Assembly: GCF_001194135.2 (NCBI RefSeq)
Contig: NC_068985.1
Span: 104,751,533-104,815,532, forward strand
DNA length: 64,000 nt
Reading direction: 5' to 3'
Origin: Octopus bimaculoides
Taxonomy: Eukaryota
The notes under the pieces are model-generated. The model had not been told where the DNA came from. It saw only the letters and a list, made by a program, of their open reading frames with translations, and ran no database searches. Shown here piece by piece: positions 51,283 through 63,953 of this stretch. A program made the position numbers and the translations under genes. Within the stretch, counting starts at the first letter, position 1, and every line of letters starts with the position of its first letter.

Positions 51283-52819
51283 GTGAAAAGCAAAATTGAC
51301 CAGATTAGCACTTGAACTCAGAAGGATGAAGCATATCGAATTGAACAAAAATCTAGGTTAAGTGTCGTTTCCACTACCATAAATATGAAAAGACTCCACA
51401 GAAATAGAATCAGGTGTTCACAAGACCGTAAAGAAAATAACTAGTTGTGCACGTGTGCGCGGGGGACGGGTGAACGATGGCTCCTTAAACTAGTCGTTCC
51501 ATATATGTCAAACTACTGTGGTCACAATGTTGGTTTCTAACATTAGCACTTAGGCGGGGGTGGGGCAAATCTTTACTGTAATAATTAACCCCAGTACTTA
51601 ATTAGCTGCATATTTTCCTGACCACCACCACCACCATTAACGATTAAAAGCACAGTCGACATCGGCAGGATTTGAACACGAAACGTAGGGTGATTAAAGT
51701 AAATACTACTAGACATTTAGCCCAGCACTTTGCATGCAGTCCAGTGCTTGAAGTGTGGACAACATTTTGGCAAGATAACGGAGAAAAACTCAGCACAAAA
51801 CATTGAAACACCCCTACCGTTCAAACATGGATACCACGGCTTGTGACATAAAAAGATAGAAGAAAAAGTAGGGCAGAAATTTTTGTTGTTTTATATCATA
51901 GTAATGCCAATTGACATATAATATCTATAAAAAGGTGAGACTACGTAAATCCGTACTTAACATTAATAATCTACTCAACGGTTAACAGTTACCGATAAAA
52001 CCGACCACACACACACACACACATACATGCATACATAAATACATGTGTATGTCTATATATATAAGGATCCAAGGAATTTCATTGTAGAGTTGACACATTT
52101 TCACATTTAAACTATATATGTAAAGGAAATTTAACAAGAGAAGAAGGGGCCTTGATGATAATTAGACGTGTATATCTTAAGAGTGTAGGGAGTGACTGAA
52201 ATCGAGTTAGACCTACCTATATAATTTGATTGTTTTAAAATCCAGGTTAGCAATAGCTAGTCTAAAACCTAGGTGTTATATATTACGTTTATTCCTTTAG
52301 AGAACGTATGGATATGCATTTATATATGCCAATTCATACAAAGAGACCTACCTTTATATGTATTTCCTTTTAAACAGCTCCATGACAGTTATGAAAAAAT
52401 ATCTATCACCATAGATACGTGATAAAAATACATTCATTACAGGTGCAAAGTATGAAATTTTTTTTTCTTAAGATACATTATTTTTAACGATCCAAAACTT
52501 AATTATCCAAAATTATCTAAAGTAACCCAGATTGTTGTAGCAGTATCAAAAATTGATATACTATTATAAAAATAATACAATTTTTAAGAAGGCAGAGGTG
52601 GGGGGGGGGAATAAACGCTAAAGTAATATANNNNNNNNNNCCCTCACAACATTTATTTCTCTATCCCTGTTTTTCAGATATACACACCTACTTAAAAATT
52701 GACACATCAAGTATCATACATATGAAATTTTGCTTTGTGAACGAAATTCAAGCATTGTTGACAGAATGAACACACAAATGAAGTGATGTTGTGTAATATC
52801 ACCTATTCGCTCTTAACAG

Positions 52820-52927
52820 GTCCATGGAGGAATCTGTTTGTGAGTGTCTCGATTGGCCACAATTAAAGAAAGCTGAATGGTTTGCTCGGTGGACTATACA
52901 CCACGAGCTGTTCATGAGTAACAGGAG
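52820..52927 (+). CDS. Plus-strand gene, exon 3
   Basis: CTCTTAACAG| acceptor and GAG|GTATGG donor. 108 nt, open only in the phase-2 frame: SMEESVCECLDWPQLKKAEWFARWTIHHELFMSNR. Confidence 0.7.
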
Positions 52928-52974
52928 GTATGGAAGCACCTGCCTGCTAGATCTACATTGATAAATTGTCAATT

Positions 52975-53101
52975 ATATACATATATACAGTATATATATA
53001 GTGTGTGTGTATATATATATATATAAATATATACAATATATATACACAATATATATATATACAATATATATACACAATATATATATATACAATATATATA
53101 C

Positions 53102-53141
<40 letters not shown>

Positions 53142-53149
53142 ATATATAC

Positions 53150-53187
<38 letters not shown>

Positions 53188-53216
53188 ATATATATATATA
53201 TATACAATATATATAC

Positions 53217-53251
<35 letters not shown>

Positions 53252-53311
53252 ACAGTATATATATATATGTATATATATATAGTGTATGTGCATATATATA
53301 TATACAGTATA

Positions 53312-53353
<42 letters not shown>

Positions 53354-53405
53354 CATACAGTATATGTGTGTGTATATATATACAGTATATGTGCATATAA
53401 ATACA

Positions 53406-53436
<31 letters not shown>

Positions 53437-53439
53437 CAG

Positions 53440-53538
<99 letters not shown>

Positions 53539-53668
53539 CTATATATAAACAATGAGAGATCACTACATATATACACTATATATATGTACATATATACTAT
53601 ATATAAACAATGAGAGATCACTATATATACAGTATATATACATTAATACTACATATAAACAATGAGAG

Positions 53669-53705
<37 letters not shown>

Positions 53706-53735
53706 TACACACAGTTTATATATGTATATGTGTGT
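52975..53735. repeat. Long compound (TA)n/(TATAC/G) microsatellite
   Basis: ~760 bp tract including three AAACAATGAGAGATCACTA units. It produces the YIYI ORFs in the track. Confidence 0.95.
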
Positions 53736-53838
53736 GACATACTCCAGCCACATTTAAAACACAATTTAAAGAACCTCTTATGGCAGCGACTACAGTTACT
53801 CTCTCACTTTCTACAATTATTGATTGCTTTATACACAG

Positions 53839-53872
53839 GCACACAAGTTCACAGATTATTTATACAGAGGAG
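53839..53872 (+). CDS. Plus-strand gene, exon 4 (34 nt)
   Basis: TTGCTTTATACACAG| acceptor and consensus donor GAG|GTAAGA. Reads (R)HTSSQIIYTEE, phase 2 to 0. Confidence 0.6.
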
Positions 53873-54394
53873 GTAAGAAAGATTATGTGACGTCCATGCC
53901 TTTCTCTTAAAGGCATCACAGAAGGTATTTACCAGAAGTATAAAGTGAAATGGCTAACAACTGGGAATCGAAGTGTGAAATACCATTTTCTGCAGCGATT
54001 TTCGTTTTTCCACAATTATTGAACGTTCGCCACGTTATCAGAAACGCCAAAGCAATCTATGTAATAAATAGCAACGACATCACACGCACACAACTGTTTA
54101 TACACGAAACTGACACAAAGTGGGGGAACGTTTGACATAACAACAGATGTTGTAAAATGAACCTCCACTTTATGGCCACCCTGTTGGTCGTAGGCCATGG
54201 AATATAAAGAACTGTATTTTTTTTAATCCAACGATAAACACACATCCTTTGCACGTTGGAAGTATTTAGTGCACACAAGTTTGAGGGAGAAAGGCAAATT
54301 TTTTAAAATGCAAAATTATAAAAGAATTTGGGGCTTGGGAATATATTAAGAATTTTTTTTTTTTTACCTCATTTTGATATTTGTCTATACCCAC

Positions 54395-54425
<31 letters not shown>

Positions 54426-55117
54426 CATTATTTGTTTGTCACGGGGGTTGAAGCATTGGGGACAGTGAAAGAGCAAGGTTTAAACAACTGAGAGGTTTAC
54501 ATCGGGTTAAAAAGAAAGCAACAACAGATACCATTCCAACAACCAGCAAGAATAATATCCCCCAATGTGAGGTGGGCAGCCACCTAGGACCAATCAAGGC
54601 ACCCCACAGAATCAGGATTACCTTAATTACTAAAGATAGGTGCCTTGTCCTATCTGTCATCCCCCGGTCTACAGGTGCATGTTGACTATAGGCCCATACA
54701 TTCAGGCCATGCTCAACAATTTCACCCACCATTTGATAGATTTAGAGAGCACTATTTCTTTCTCTCTATTCTCTCATTCTAGAATCCAAAAGGAACTTGG
54801 AAAAGTCGATGAGGGCTTGACCGAAGGGGGAAGTATCTGTCTTCGATTATTATTTCCTTTTTCTTTTTTTTTCGCCCAAAGCCAAACCTGCCTCCTGCCC
54901 TTCCAGGCCAAAGAAAGACAGAACAGAGCGGCAATTAATTAGCATATATCAGAATAAATTAATATACTTAAGTACGATTTGTTTGTAAGGTTGACACCAT
55001 AATAAAAGAAAGGGTAAAATGTAGGAGGCGGGGGTAGTTTAAGCTGGACTTTTCTCACCTGAGAGTTGAACGTCCACATCCAACGTCTGTCTGTACGTCG
55101 TCGTCTGGTAGTATCTC

Positions 55118-55127
55118 GTGACGTCAC
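55118..55127. promoter_or_regulatory. Perfect CRE palindrome in a CpG-dense patch
   Basis: GTGACGTCAC (core TGACGTCA at 55119-55126). A minus-strand donor CAG|GTGAGA lies at 55059/55058. Confidence 0.4.
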
Positions 55128-55189
55128 TGCAGCCTCGATCTTAACTTGACTTGCGAAGGTCAGCTTACCTACCTTTCCTCCTTCTGCTT

Positions 55190-55519
55190 ATCAAACTCTT
55201 TCTCTCTCTTTCTCATCCTCTCTCTCTACCTTACTCCCTTCTTTTTCATCCTCTCTGTCTCTCTCTTTCTCATCCTCTCTCTCTACCTTACTCCCTTCTT
55301 TCTCTTTCTCACCCTCTCTGTCTCTCACTTTATCATCCTCTCTATTACTACGTTACCGCCTCCTCTTTCAGTTTGTCATCCTCTATATCTCTACCTAAAA
55401 TAACCCTTCTCTGTATTCCCCTCTCTCTCTATCTCTACCTCATGCCTCGTCTCTCTATTACGTCCCCCTCTCTCTTTTTCACTTACTATTACTCTCCCTC
55501 CCTCTTTCTCGTTCCATTA

Positions 55520-55550
<31 letters not shown>
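55190..55550. repeat. CT-rich low-complexity tract with ~40-bp repeated units
   Basis: CTCTCTCTTTCTCATCCTCTCTCTCTACCTTACTCCCTTCTTT recurs. Confidence 0.8.
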
Positions 55551-55764
55551 CGTGTATAGTAATATCCGAACACACTGGGACAAGGCAGAGTTGGATGACG
55601 TGGAGGTAAAAATAAATAGATAAAAAGTAGAGATGACAGAGACGAACATTGCCGAACCGTACCGAGATAAAGCGGATGTGAGCAGATTAGTTTGGACTGT
55701 CTTTCCGAAAGAAGGTCTTATACAATTGAAACTCTGTATATGTGTGTACATCTTCTGTATACAC

Positions 55765-55873
<109 letters not shown>

Positions 55874-56939
55874 TATTTATATGTGTAGAGAGAGGTGGGA
55901 GAGAGTGTATGTGTTACGTTGACAAGCTGGAATATATAGGTGCAGACGTGGTTGTATGGTTAAGAAGTTTGCTTCCCAATTAAATGGTCTCGGGCTCGGT
56001 CCCACTATACGGCAAATTGTTTTCTTCCTAAGTTGACCAACCAAAACTCTGAAAGTGAATTTGTTAGTCGGAAACTGAAAAGAGCCCGTCGTGTGTGCGT
56101 ATATAAACGTATATACACACGATAGATAGATAGACAGATCGATAGATATGTGTATGTGTGTGTATCCTTGTCTTGTCGTGGTTGAAAACGAGCATCACCT
56201 TCAAATGAGCGATGCTGTTCATTTTCAGTCTTCCGTGAAAACGACGTCTGGCTTTGAGGGGAAATATTACCTGACTTGGAAATAATTGAAAGGGCATCTG
56301 ACCAGAAAATCTGCTTCAACAACTTTTGTCTAACTTATGCAAGGATGGAAAGTGGACGTTGAATGATGATAATGATGTTGATGATGATATATAAATTATT
56401 ATATACTAGCTTAAAGGCTTGCACTCCGTGTGGACTTTTAAGCTAGCTCCTACAGAGAGTTAATTGAACCTTCAGCCCATAACTAAAGAGAGCTAAATAG
56501 CATGACTATAATGGCTATATACCCCAGTGGTGTTTGATCAGCTGTTATCGAAGGGGTGAGAATTAATTCTGTAATGCAATAATTCTATTGCTCCAGTCCC
56601 AAGTTGAATTCCAAACTGCTGGTCAATTTGTCCCACAGTTCGTAAGATTAACGAAGCAAATGTCATTTATCTACCCTCAAGATGGCGTGAAGCAACCGAG
56701 CCTTACCTGCTAGAAATAGCAACCCAAATGCTTTTAAATCAGATCCCAATGCTGGATGTTCGAGAACCAAATGAGGGGCAGATTTTCAATCCTGGGATCA
56801 TCTTGATTCCAAAAAGTTATTTGTCTATGTAGAGCAAATGTAGGCAGAGATGCAGGGGTCCCAGACAGACAGAATTTTGCATTTATTATAATAGCTTTCA
56901 AATAAATTTCATTATATACGCATATAATGTGTGTGTGTG

Positions 56940-56972
<33 letters not shown>

Positions 56973-57531
56973 TTATATCTATGCATAGACATACATGTTA
57001 GTGTATGTATGTATGTTTTTATAATGTGTGTATTTGTATGTGCGTGTGTGTATATATATATATATATATATGGGGGTGTGTATAGATAGATAGATAGATA
57101 GATAGATATGGAGGCACAGTGGCTAGGGTGTTGCACTCACAATTGTGAGATTATGGTTTCAATTCCCAGAACAAGTTTTGTGTTGTGTTCTTGAGCAAAA
57201 TACTTCATTTCACATTGCTCTGCGATCATTTTGTCATCTAACACTTGGCATGTCATGCACCTGTACAAGTAATGTCAATTTGATGGAGTGAGCTTATATA
57301 TATATATATAATAGATAGATAGATAAATAGACAGATAGATAGATAGATAGATAGACAGATAGATAGATGTACATCACCATCATCATCGTTTAGTGTCAAT
57401 CTTCCATGCATGCATGGGTAGGATGGTTGACAGGAGCCCTGGCCAGGTAGAAAAAGACTATCCTAGGCTACTGTGTCTGTTTTGGCACAAAGACACACAC
57501 ACACACATACACATATATATATACGTACACA

Positions 57532-58224
57532 CAGGGTGTGGTAAATAAACTGTCATGTAAATTATGTGAAAATAAAAATAACACGGACATCTCATTTGAA
57601 TAGATATATTTACCAAAATTACATAAAAATATCTTGAAATACTAAACAGTAAATTTAATTTATTCAATACAATCACCATTGGTTTCAACCATGGCCTCCA
57701 GACGACTTCAAAATTCCTTACATCTCTTCTGGACTGTCTCCTTACTTAAGTTGGTGAATGCTGCCATAAACCTTACCTTCAGTTCATCTTTGGTGTTACA
57801 AGGAGTTTTGTTGGTCTCTTGCACATTTGCACCCCACACATAATAATCAAGGCATTTGATGTAGGCCTCCACGTTGCGTTTGGCAGCTTAACATCACCAT
57901 CACTAGTCATCACTCCAAACACCATGATGTTGACTGAATGTTTGATTTTTATCACTCTCAGCATGTCCTCAGATTGGACTGTCCTGAGATCGAAACCCAA
58001 ACACTCTGAAATGATTGTATTGGAGCTTCCAGCACAAATGCCAAGTAGTACAGCATGTCGTTTCCAAATTTCTGGCAAAGTGAATTACGTCAAGATGCTG
58101 TTTTTCCTACAGATGGTGCCCACCTGGCCCTACCATACTGTGTAGTTAACAAAATCAAAAATAAACAATGCACATGTGCAAAATTAGAAATATAAAATGG
58201 TGACAATTTACCCATCGCACCCTG
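57532..58224 (-). mobile_element. Tc1/mariner (maT/DD37D-like) internal-deletion derivative
   Basis: Imperfect TIRs CAGGGTG...TGTCA. Fused transposase pieces MPEIWKRHAVLLGI..., KHSVNIMVFGVMTSDGDV and EAYIKCLDYYVWG...F*SRLEAMVETNGDCIE*. Confidence 0.8.
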
Positions 58225-58231
58225 TATATAT

Positions 58232-58380
58232 ATGTGCAACTGGCTTCTTTCAGTTTCCATCTACTAAATCCACTCACAAGGTTTTGGTTTGCCCAAGGCT
58301 CTATTGAAGACACTTGCCTAAGGTTCCACACAATATATACATTGGTTGACAGAAACTGAAAGGAACCTGTCATGTGTGTG
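58232..58380 (-). mobile_element. CORE-like SINE (family B) fragment
   Basis: GGCTTCTTTCAGTTTCCATCTACTAAATCCACTCACAAGG...GAAGACACTTGCC. Confidence 0.7.
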
Positions 58381-58689
58381 TGTGTGTGTGTGTGTTTATG
58401 TAAGTGTGTTTGTGTTTCTGTGTGCCTGTATATATGTATATATATATATATATAATTTATACGTGTTGTGTGTGTGTGTGAATATATACACCCGTTATAA
58501 GTTATATAAGTTATATATAAGTTATTTTCAATATGAATGTCAAAACCAGCATCATTTGCACAAAACAATTTATAAATCACAATTTTGAATGTCTTAGAAT
58601 TATTGTAGAATCTTCTCAGCTCAAAGAAGTTTTCTGTTTTCTAAACCTCAGATGAGTACTAATATCATAATTAAGAAGCATAATTAAGA

Positions 58690-59260
58690 AGCATGGCAAA
58701 GTACACAAAAGACAGACACAAAACTGGCATTTCAGCCTGTTTAAATCCATTACGTTTAACAATTTCTTCAGAATTTTGTTCCTTGGAGATGACCCAAGCC
58801 CTCATATGATGATATCCAAAGATTCTGGCTGACAATCCAGTTTCTACAATTTTTCTCTGCAAATGATGTCAAAGGTCTTTGTTATGTAAACAAGGATTTG
58901 ATACAGAGGTACCAGCTGCTCAGTACTTTTTCTTGAAGTGAACTCACAGGGGTCATGTTCTTAGTACTTCTTTCTGAACAAAAACCAGATTTTGCTTCAG
59001 TTGAAGCTGATGTCACTCATTAATTAAATTCACCAGTTGTCAAGGTAAAACTTTGCCAATGGCCTCCAAGAGAGATTGCAATGAGAATTATCACATTCAG
59101 ATTTATACTAGACATAAATCCTATCAATCCATCCTAGTGACATAGGAGTTTCTTCCCGTTGGTTTGTTATCAAATTAAGTACGACAGATGAAGTCTTTTT
59201 GCTCTCATTTGAAAGGATGTTCTGTAGGCCACATAATTTGTTGATGTGTTGCCAATGGAA
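58690..59260 (-). mobile_element. Degraded RTE reverse transcriptase fragment
   Basis: Broken minus frames RSTKNM, SSLQEKV, TKTFDIICRE and NGFKQA..VL, matching the RTE RT motifs RSTIDM, RQLQEK, TKAFDTVNRE and NGVKQGCVL. Confidence 0.7.
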
Positions 59261-59271
59261 ACCTTATCCAT

Positions 59272-59495
59272 CATCATTATCGTTTAACGTCCGTTTTCCA
59301 TGCTGGCATGGGTTGGACGGTTTGATTGGGGACTATCAAGCCAGTAGGCTGCACCAGGCTCCAATCTGAGCTGGCAAGGTTTCTACAGCTCGATGCCCTT
59401 TCTAACGCCAACCACTCCGAGAGTGTAGTGAGTGCTTTTTATGTGTCGCTGGCACTGGAGCCAGACAGGCGGCACTGGCATCGACCACGTTCGGA
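59272..59495 (-). mobile_element. RTE LINE 3' tail
   Basis: Reverse complement of the family tail. Confidence 0.85.
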
Positions 59496-59724
59496 TCCCA
59501 GTATATAAATTTTGGTTTAGGTAGTTATTTACTGTGAGAAGCTGTGTAATGGCGAATCAAGAAGTATAGTTGATATGTTATTGATCTGCATTATTTTTTC
59601 TGAATAAAAATTTATGAACGGATGATTGGTGTCTGATCTTCACAGAACCATTACAAATAGTTAACATCTATTACAAATAGTGAAACATATGGGAATTAGC
59701 AACCTGTAATTTAGTAATTTCCCC

Positions 59725-59900
59725 AAGGTGACCAGCTGCCAGAATCGTTAAAGCGTAAGTAGGTGAAATTCCTGGTAGTATTTCTTCCAGCTCGTTAAAT
59801 TCTGGGTTCAAATCCGGCCGAGGTCAATTTTGCCTTTAACTTTACCGGGGTCGATGAAACAAAGAACCAGTTTAATACTAGCGACAATGTTATCGATTAA
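59725..59900 (+). mobile_element. Family A (Nin/Deu-like) SINE, diverged
   Basis: AAGGTGACCAGCTGCCAGAATCGTT...GCCGAGGTCAATTTTGCCTTT...GGGGTCGATGAAAC. Confidence 0.7.
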
Positions 59901-60847
59901 TCTGTAGCCCTTGAGCTTAAATTAAAAACAGTTGTGTTATTCCCCAGTTTTATACTATGTTCAAAATAAAACCTTAAATTTCGAGAAAAATTTCAATAAT
60001 CAGAAGTAAAATCAGATTGTAAGGGTAGATAACTCTAGGTGCTAGAGGTCACGTTTCTACAAGAAAGGAAATATGTCGGCAACTAATTTATCTGATGAAA
60101 CTCAACAACGTAATGTGAGTTCGTATGCATTAATTATTAACATATCAATTTGTTTTCGGTATCCAAAAGAAAAGTTCTCATTACAATTATCTTAGACTAT
60201 CGATTGCTTGTATTTTATAGCCTTATGTTTGTCGAAAGTCTCCGAATATTTCCAGCCGGTCGTGCGCAAACACTATTCTTAAAATGTTACTTAAGAGATT
60301 TTGGTTGAAAAAAAAAGAGAATCGTTGAGGAAAACAATTATTATTAGCATAAAATATCCATATTGTAGATTATTCATTTCTCGATGAACACTAATTTAAC
60401 CTGACTATATTCAATTTGTAAATGAATTCAGATTAAAATTCAATTTTTTCATTAAGTATACTTAAAATTGATAGACATCAGCTAATTATTTGTATTACAT
60501 GCGTAATAAAAGGTCAAACAAAACCAGCGGGTTCACAGACCCTTGTTTTAATAATTTGATCGTTCCAGTATTTAATGGAAACAAAAACAATGTATGTATG
60601 TAGGGTAAGGTAGTCTTGGATATTTATATCCGTTTACGTTAAAGTCGATTTCGCCCCTAGGGATGATAAAATAAGACCAATCAAGTTCTTTTCAAAAACA
60701 ATATAGAAACGAATAGCAAGAAATATTTTATTTGCAATTTTGCATTAGTAGGATATAATATAAGTTGTTTGCTTTTTTTATTTTTTGTTCCTTTGTCTTG
60801 GTTCTTGCTTAAGTAGTATACATTCTCTCATTCATATTGCTCCAAGT

Positions 60848-61235
60848 GTGGAGGTGCAATGGCCCAGTGGTTAGGGCAGCGGACTCGCGGTCATAAGATC
60901 GCGGTTTGAATTCCCAGACCCGGCGTTGTGAGTGTTTATTGAGCGAAAACACCTAAAGCTCCACGAGGCTCCGGCAGGGGATGGTGACGAACCCTGCTGT
61001 ACTCTTTCACCACAACTTTCTCTCACTCTTACTTCCTGTTTCTGTTGTGCCTGTACTTCAAAGGGTCAGCCTTGTCACATAGTGTCATGCTGAATATCCC
61101 CGAGAACTATGTTAAGAGTACACGTGTCTGTGGAGTGCTCAGCCACTTGCACGTTAATTTCACGAGCAGGCTGTTCCGTTGATCGGATCAACTGGAACCC
61201 TCGACGTCGTAAGCGACGGAGTGCCAACAACTAAA
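60848..61235 (+). mobile_element. Full-length family C SINE
   Basis: 12-bp TSD ATTGCTCCAAGT at 60836-60847 and 61236-61247. Confidence 0.92.
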
Positions 61236-61802
61236 ATTGCTCCAAGTAAATATAAATACAAGTCTAATCCACTATACATTCAATTCAATACTGTACCATT
61301 GCTGTCATCCGGTGTTCTTGTGTCTGTCAAACCCATCTATGCAATAGATTGAATTATTCACTATTAACACTTTATTGTTACTGAAGTTTTAAAAAATAAT
61401 TATTGCTTAAACTTTCCCGTGTATTTATTCATTATGTATTTTTCTATATTATTTTATATATTTTAAAGGTAAAGGATTTCTTGTTACTGTATAACAAACT
61501 CACTGAGCAATGTTTTCAGAATTGTGTATCAATATTTTTTGAGNNNNNNNNNNNNNNNNNNNNNNNNNNNNNNNNNNNNNNNNNNNNNNNNNNNNNNNNN
61601 NNNNNNNNNNNNNNNNNNNNNNNNNNNNNNNNNNNNNNNNNNNNNNNNNNNNNNNNNNNNNNNNNNNNNNNNNNTTTTTTTTTTTTTTTTTTTTACTTTG
61701 CATGGAGAAATTTGAAGTGGAATTGATAAAATCAATTTTGTTACTTCATATACAATTTCAACCCACCTATTTAGCCTTCATTTTTTCATGTGGGTATAAA
61801 TA

Positions 61803-62133
61803 AGGCACAGGAGTGGCTGTGTGGTAAGTAGCTTACCTACCAACCACATCGTTCAGGGTTCAGTCCCACTGTATGGCACCTTGGGCAAGTGTCTTCTACT
61901 ATAGCCTTGAGCTGACCAAAGCCTTTGTGTGGATTTGGTAGACAGAAACTGAAAGAAGCCTGTCGTATATATATATATGTGTGTGTGTGTGCTTGTGTGT
62001 CTCTGTTTGTCCCCCCACCATTGCTTGACAACTGATGCTGGTGTGTTTACATCCTCGTAACTTAGCAGTTTGACAAAAGAGTCTGATAGAATAAGTACTA
62101 GGCTTACAAAGAATAAGTCATGGGGTCCATTTG
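61803..62133 (+). mobile_element. CORE-like SINE (family B), 3'-truncated by a DNA transposon
   Basis: Head GGAGTGGCTGTGTGGTAAG...GGCACCTTGGGCAAGTGTCTTC. It stops at GGGGTCCATTTG, lacking the tail seen in other copies. Confidence 0.85.
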
Positions 62134-62766
62134 GGATCTATTTTAAAACGGGGGCCACATTTTTCATTAATGTTTTACGTAGTGTTTTTGGTACGGAAAG
62201 ACTTTCAAACTTCGTATACTTATCTATTTTGTGTTATAGAACAGAAAAATATTTTTGTATTCGAATTTATTTCATGTAAAAAATTGTCTTATTTCGATAA
62301 TTTCAACCAATCACTGACAAGTATTCAGTTGTTTATATTTACTCCTTTGGCTGATTAAGCGATGTAAAGCGTATTTAATCTCCATACCTCCGTTTTATTT
62401 GCTTTTTTCATTNNNNNNNNNNNNNNNNNNNNNNNNNNNNNNNNNNNNNNNNNNNNNNNNNNNNNNNNNNNNNNNNNNNNNNNNNNNNNNNNNNNNNNNN
62501 NNNNNNNNNNNNNNNNNNNNNNNNNNNNNNNNNNNNNNNNNNNNNNNNNNNNNNNNNNNNACTTAATGTATATCGGCTGAATGGACGTCAGTGATTGGTT
62601 GAAATTACAGAAATACGACAATTTTAACATGGAATAACTTATGGATTTCTTTTTTTTTTAAGAAGACTAAGAGAAAAAGATGTTTTATATGACACATTCT
62701 ACCAGTGTTCCAAGTTTCAAAGTGTTTCATTAATGAAAAATGTGGCCCCCGTTTTAAAAAAGATCC
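62134..62766. mobile_element. Non-autonomous DNA transposon with GGATC termini (Merlin-like)
   Basis: 39-bp TIRs GGATCT(A/T)TTTTAAAACGGGGGCCACATTTTTCATTAATG with 1 mismatch, plus an inner inverted repeat AATTTCAACCAATCACTGAC. Central N gap and no TSD. Confidence 0.65.
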
Positions 62767-62970
62767 CTGGCAGAGTTTCTACAGCTGGATGCCCTTCCTA
62801 ACGCCAACCACTCCGAGAGTGTAGTGGGTGCTTTTACGTGCCACCAGCACAAGGGCCAGTCACACAGTACTGGCAACAGCCACGCTCAAAATGGTGTTTT
62901 TTACGTGCCACCTACACAAAGGCCAGTCCAGCGGCACTGGCAACAACCTCGCTCGAATGATTTCCTAACG
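62767..62970 (-). mobile_element. RTE LINE 3' UTR, terminal tail missing
   Basis: Begins mid-tail at CTGGCAGAGTTTCTACAGCTGGATGCCCTTCC, directly at the transposon end. Confidence 0.8.
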
Positions 62971-63572
62971 TGCTTAAGTTATCATAAATTCTATTGTGGA
63001 ATCTTTAACGACAAAGATCTGTCAATGAAAACTTTATGTTGCTCATCTGTTTTCTTCAATAAACTATAGGATGTCAGAATTGATAGAATCATTATAGTCA
63101 TTTGTATATCAGCAGTTATGTTTCACCAAAAGCAATGCATTTGCAGTTTCAAATCCTGGATATTCCATCTTACTTGGTGTTAATTCCCATTACCACTTTC
63201 CTAGCTTTAAACTCTACTCCATTCTAATATTTACTTTTGCTGAAATTGCTGTATGTTGAGTTATTTGATTAGTTTATGTTTAAGCCTGATTAATCATTTA
63301 CAGTTTTTGCTAAAGCGTATCATTCATGTGCAAAATTTAAAGTCATAATAACTGATACCACATCACAGATTCTGTTATAAATTCTTGAACACAATAGTTT
63401 ACTTAAATGAGAACACATACGAAAATTAGAGATTTGGATTGGCTGCAATGTTGACTAGAAATACAGTTTAGCAATTCAAAGCTAAGCCTTGCAACTATGA
63501 ACAGAAAAAGAGCTAGTGGCCTCCCTTTCCTAATTATTTATTGTATCAGCAACCATAAAACACATTCTAGAT

Positions 63573-63854
63573 CAGTGGTTCCCAAAGTGGGCGGTATTGC
63601 CCCTCTGTGGGGGATGGAAGTTCCAGGGAGGTGTTGAAGAAAAGTGGGGCGATAATGGGGTAGCAATTCATGTACAAATTGGGGTGACGATTCATGTAAA
63701 AACAACAAAATAGTGGGTTCATTAAGTTAAGTTTTATTTGTGAAATACAGTTGCTTTGAATTTGCTTCAGAAAGAGGTCTGTTTCGATGGTTAGTTGGGG
63801 TGAGGCCTGGGTGTCAAGGGGGTGGCAACTCAAAAAAAAATTGGGGAACCACTG
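63573..63854. mobile_element. hAT (Charlie-like) MITE
   Basis: TIRs CAGTGGTTCCC / GGGAACCACTG. Perfect 8-bp TSD TTCTAGAT at 63565-63572 and 63855-63862. Confidence 0.92.
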
Positions 63855-63953
63855 TTCTAGATATTTAAAGAGTTCTGTAAAATACTTCAAAATGTTAACT
63901 GAATAGTTTTGTCAGCTGTGAGTAAATTTTTATATACTTCTAATTTTTTGTAG

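Noticed and set aside
52953-53621. Long YIYI/VCVC ORFs here and at other microsatellites and N gaps
   Set aside because: Artefacts of (TA)n/(CA)n repeats and N runs, which lack stop codons.
51098-53872. Naming the plus-strand protein (faint resemblance to CFAP61 or LAS1 N-termini)
   Set aside because: The similarity is limited to a few residues recalled from memory, which is not enough to assign a symbol.
54783-54832. Extra plus-strand exon after TCTCATTCTAG|
   Set aside because: Phase 0 gives NPKGTWKSR*, and the donor candidate (AA|GTATCT) is weak. It could be a terminal exon but cannot be supported.
60092-60125. CTGATGA followed by a 6-bp hairpin, resembling a hammerhead
   Set aside because: No GAAA after the stem and no stem I/III pairing.
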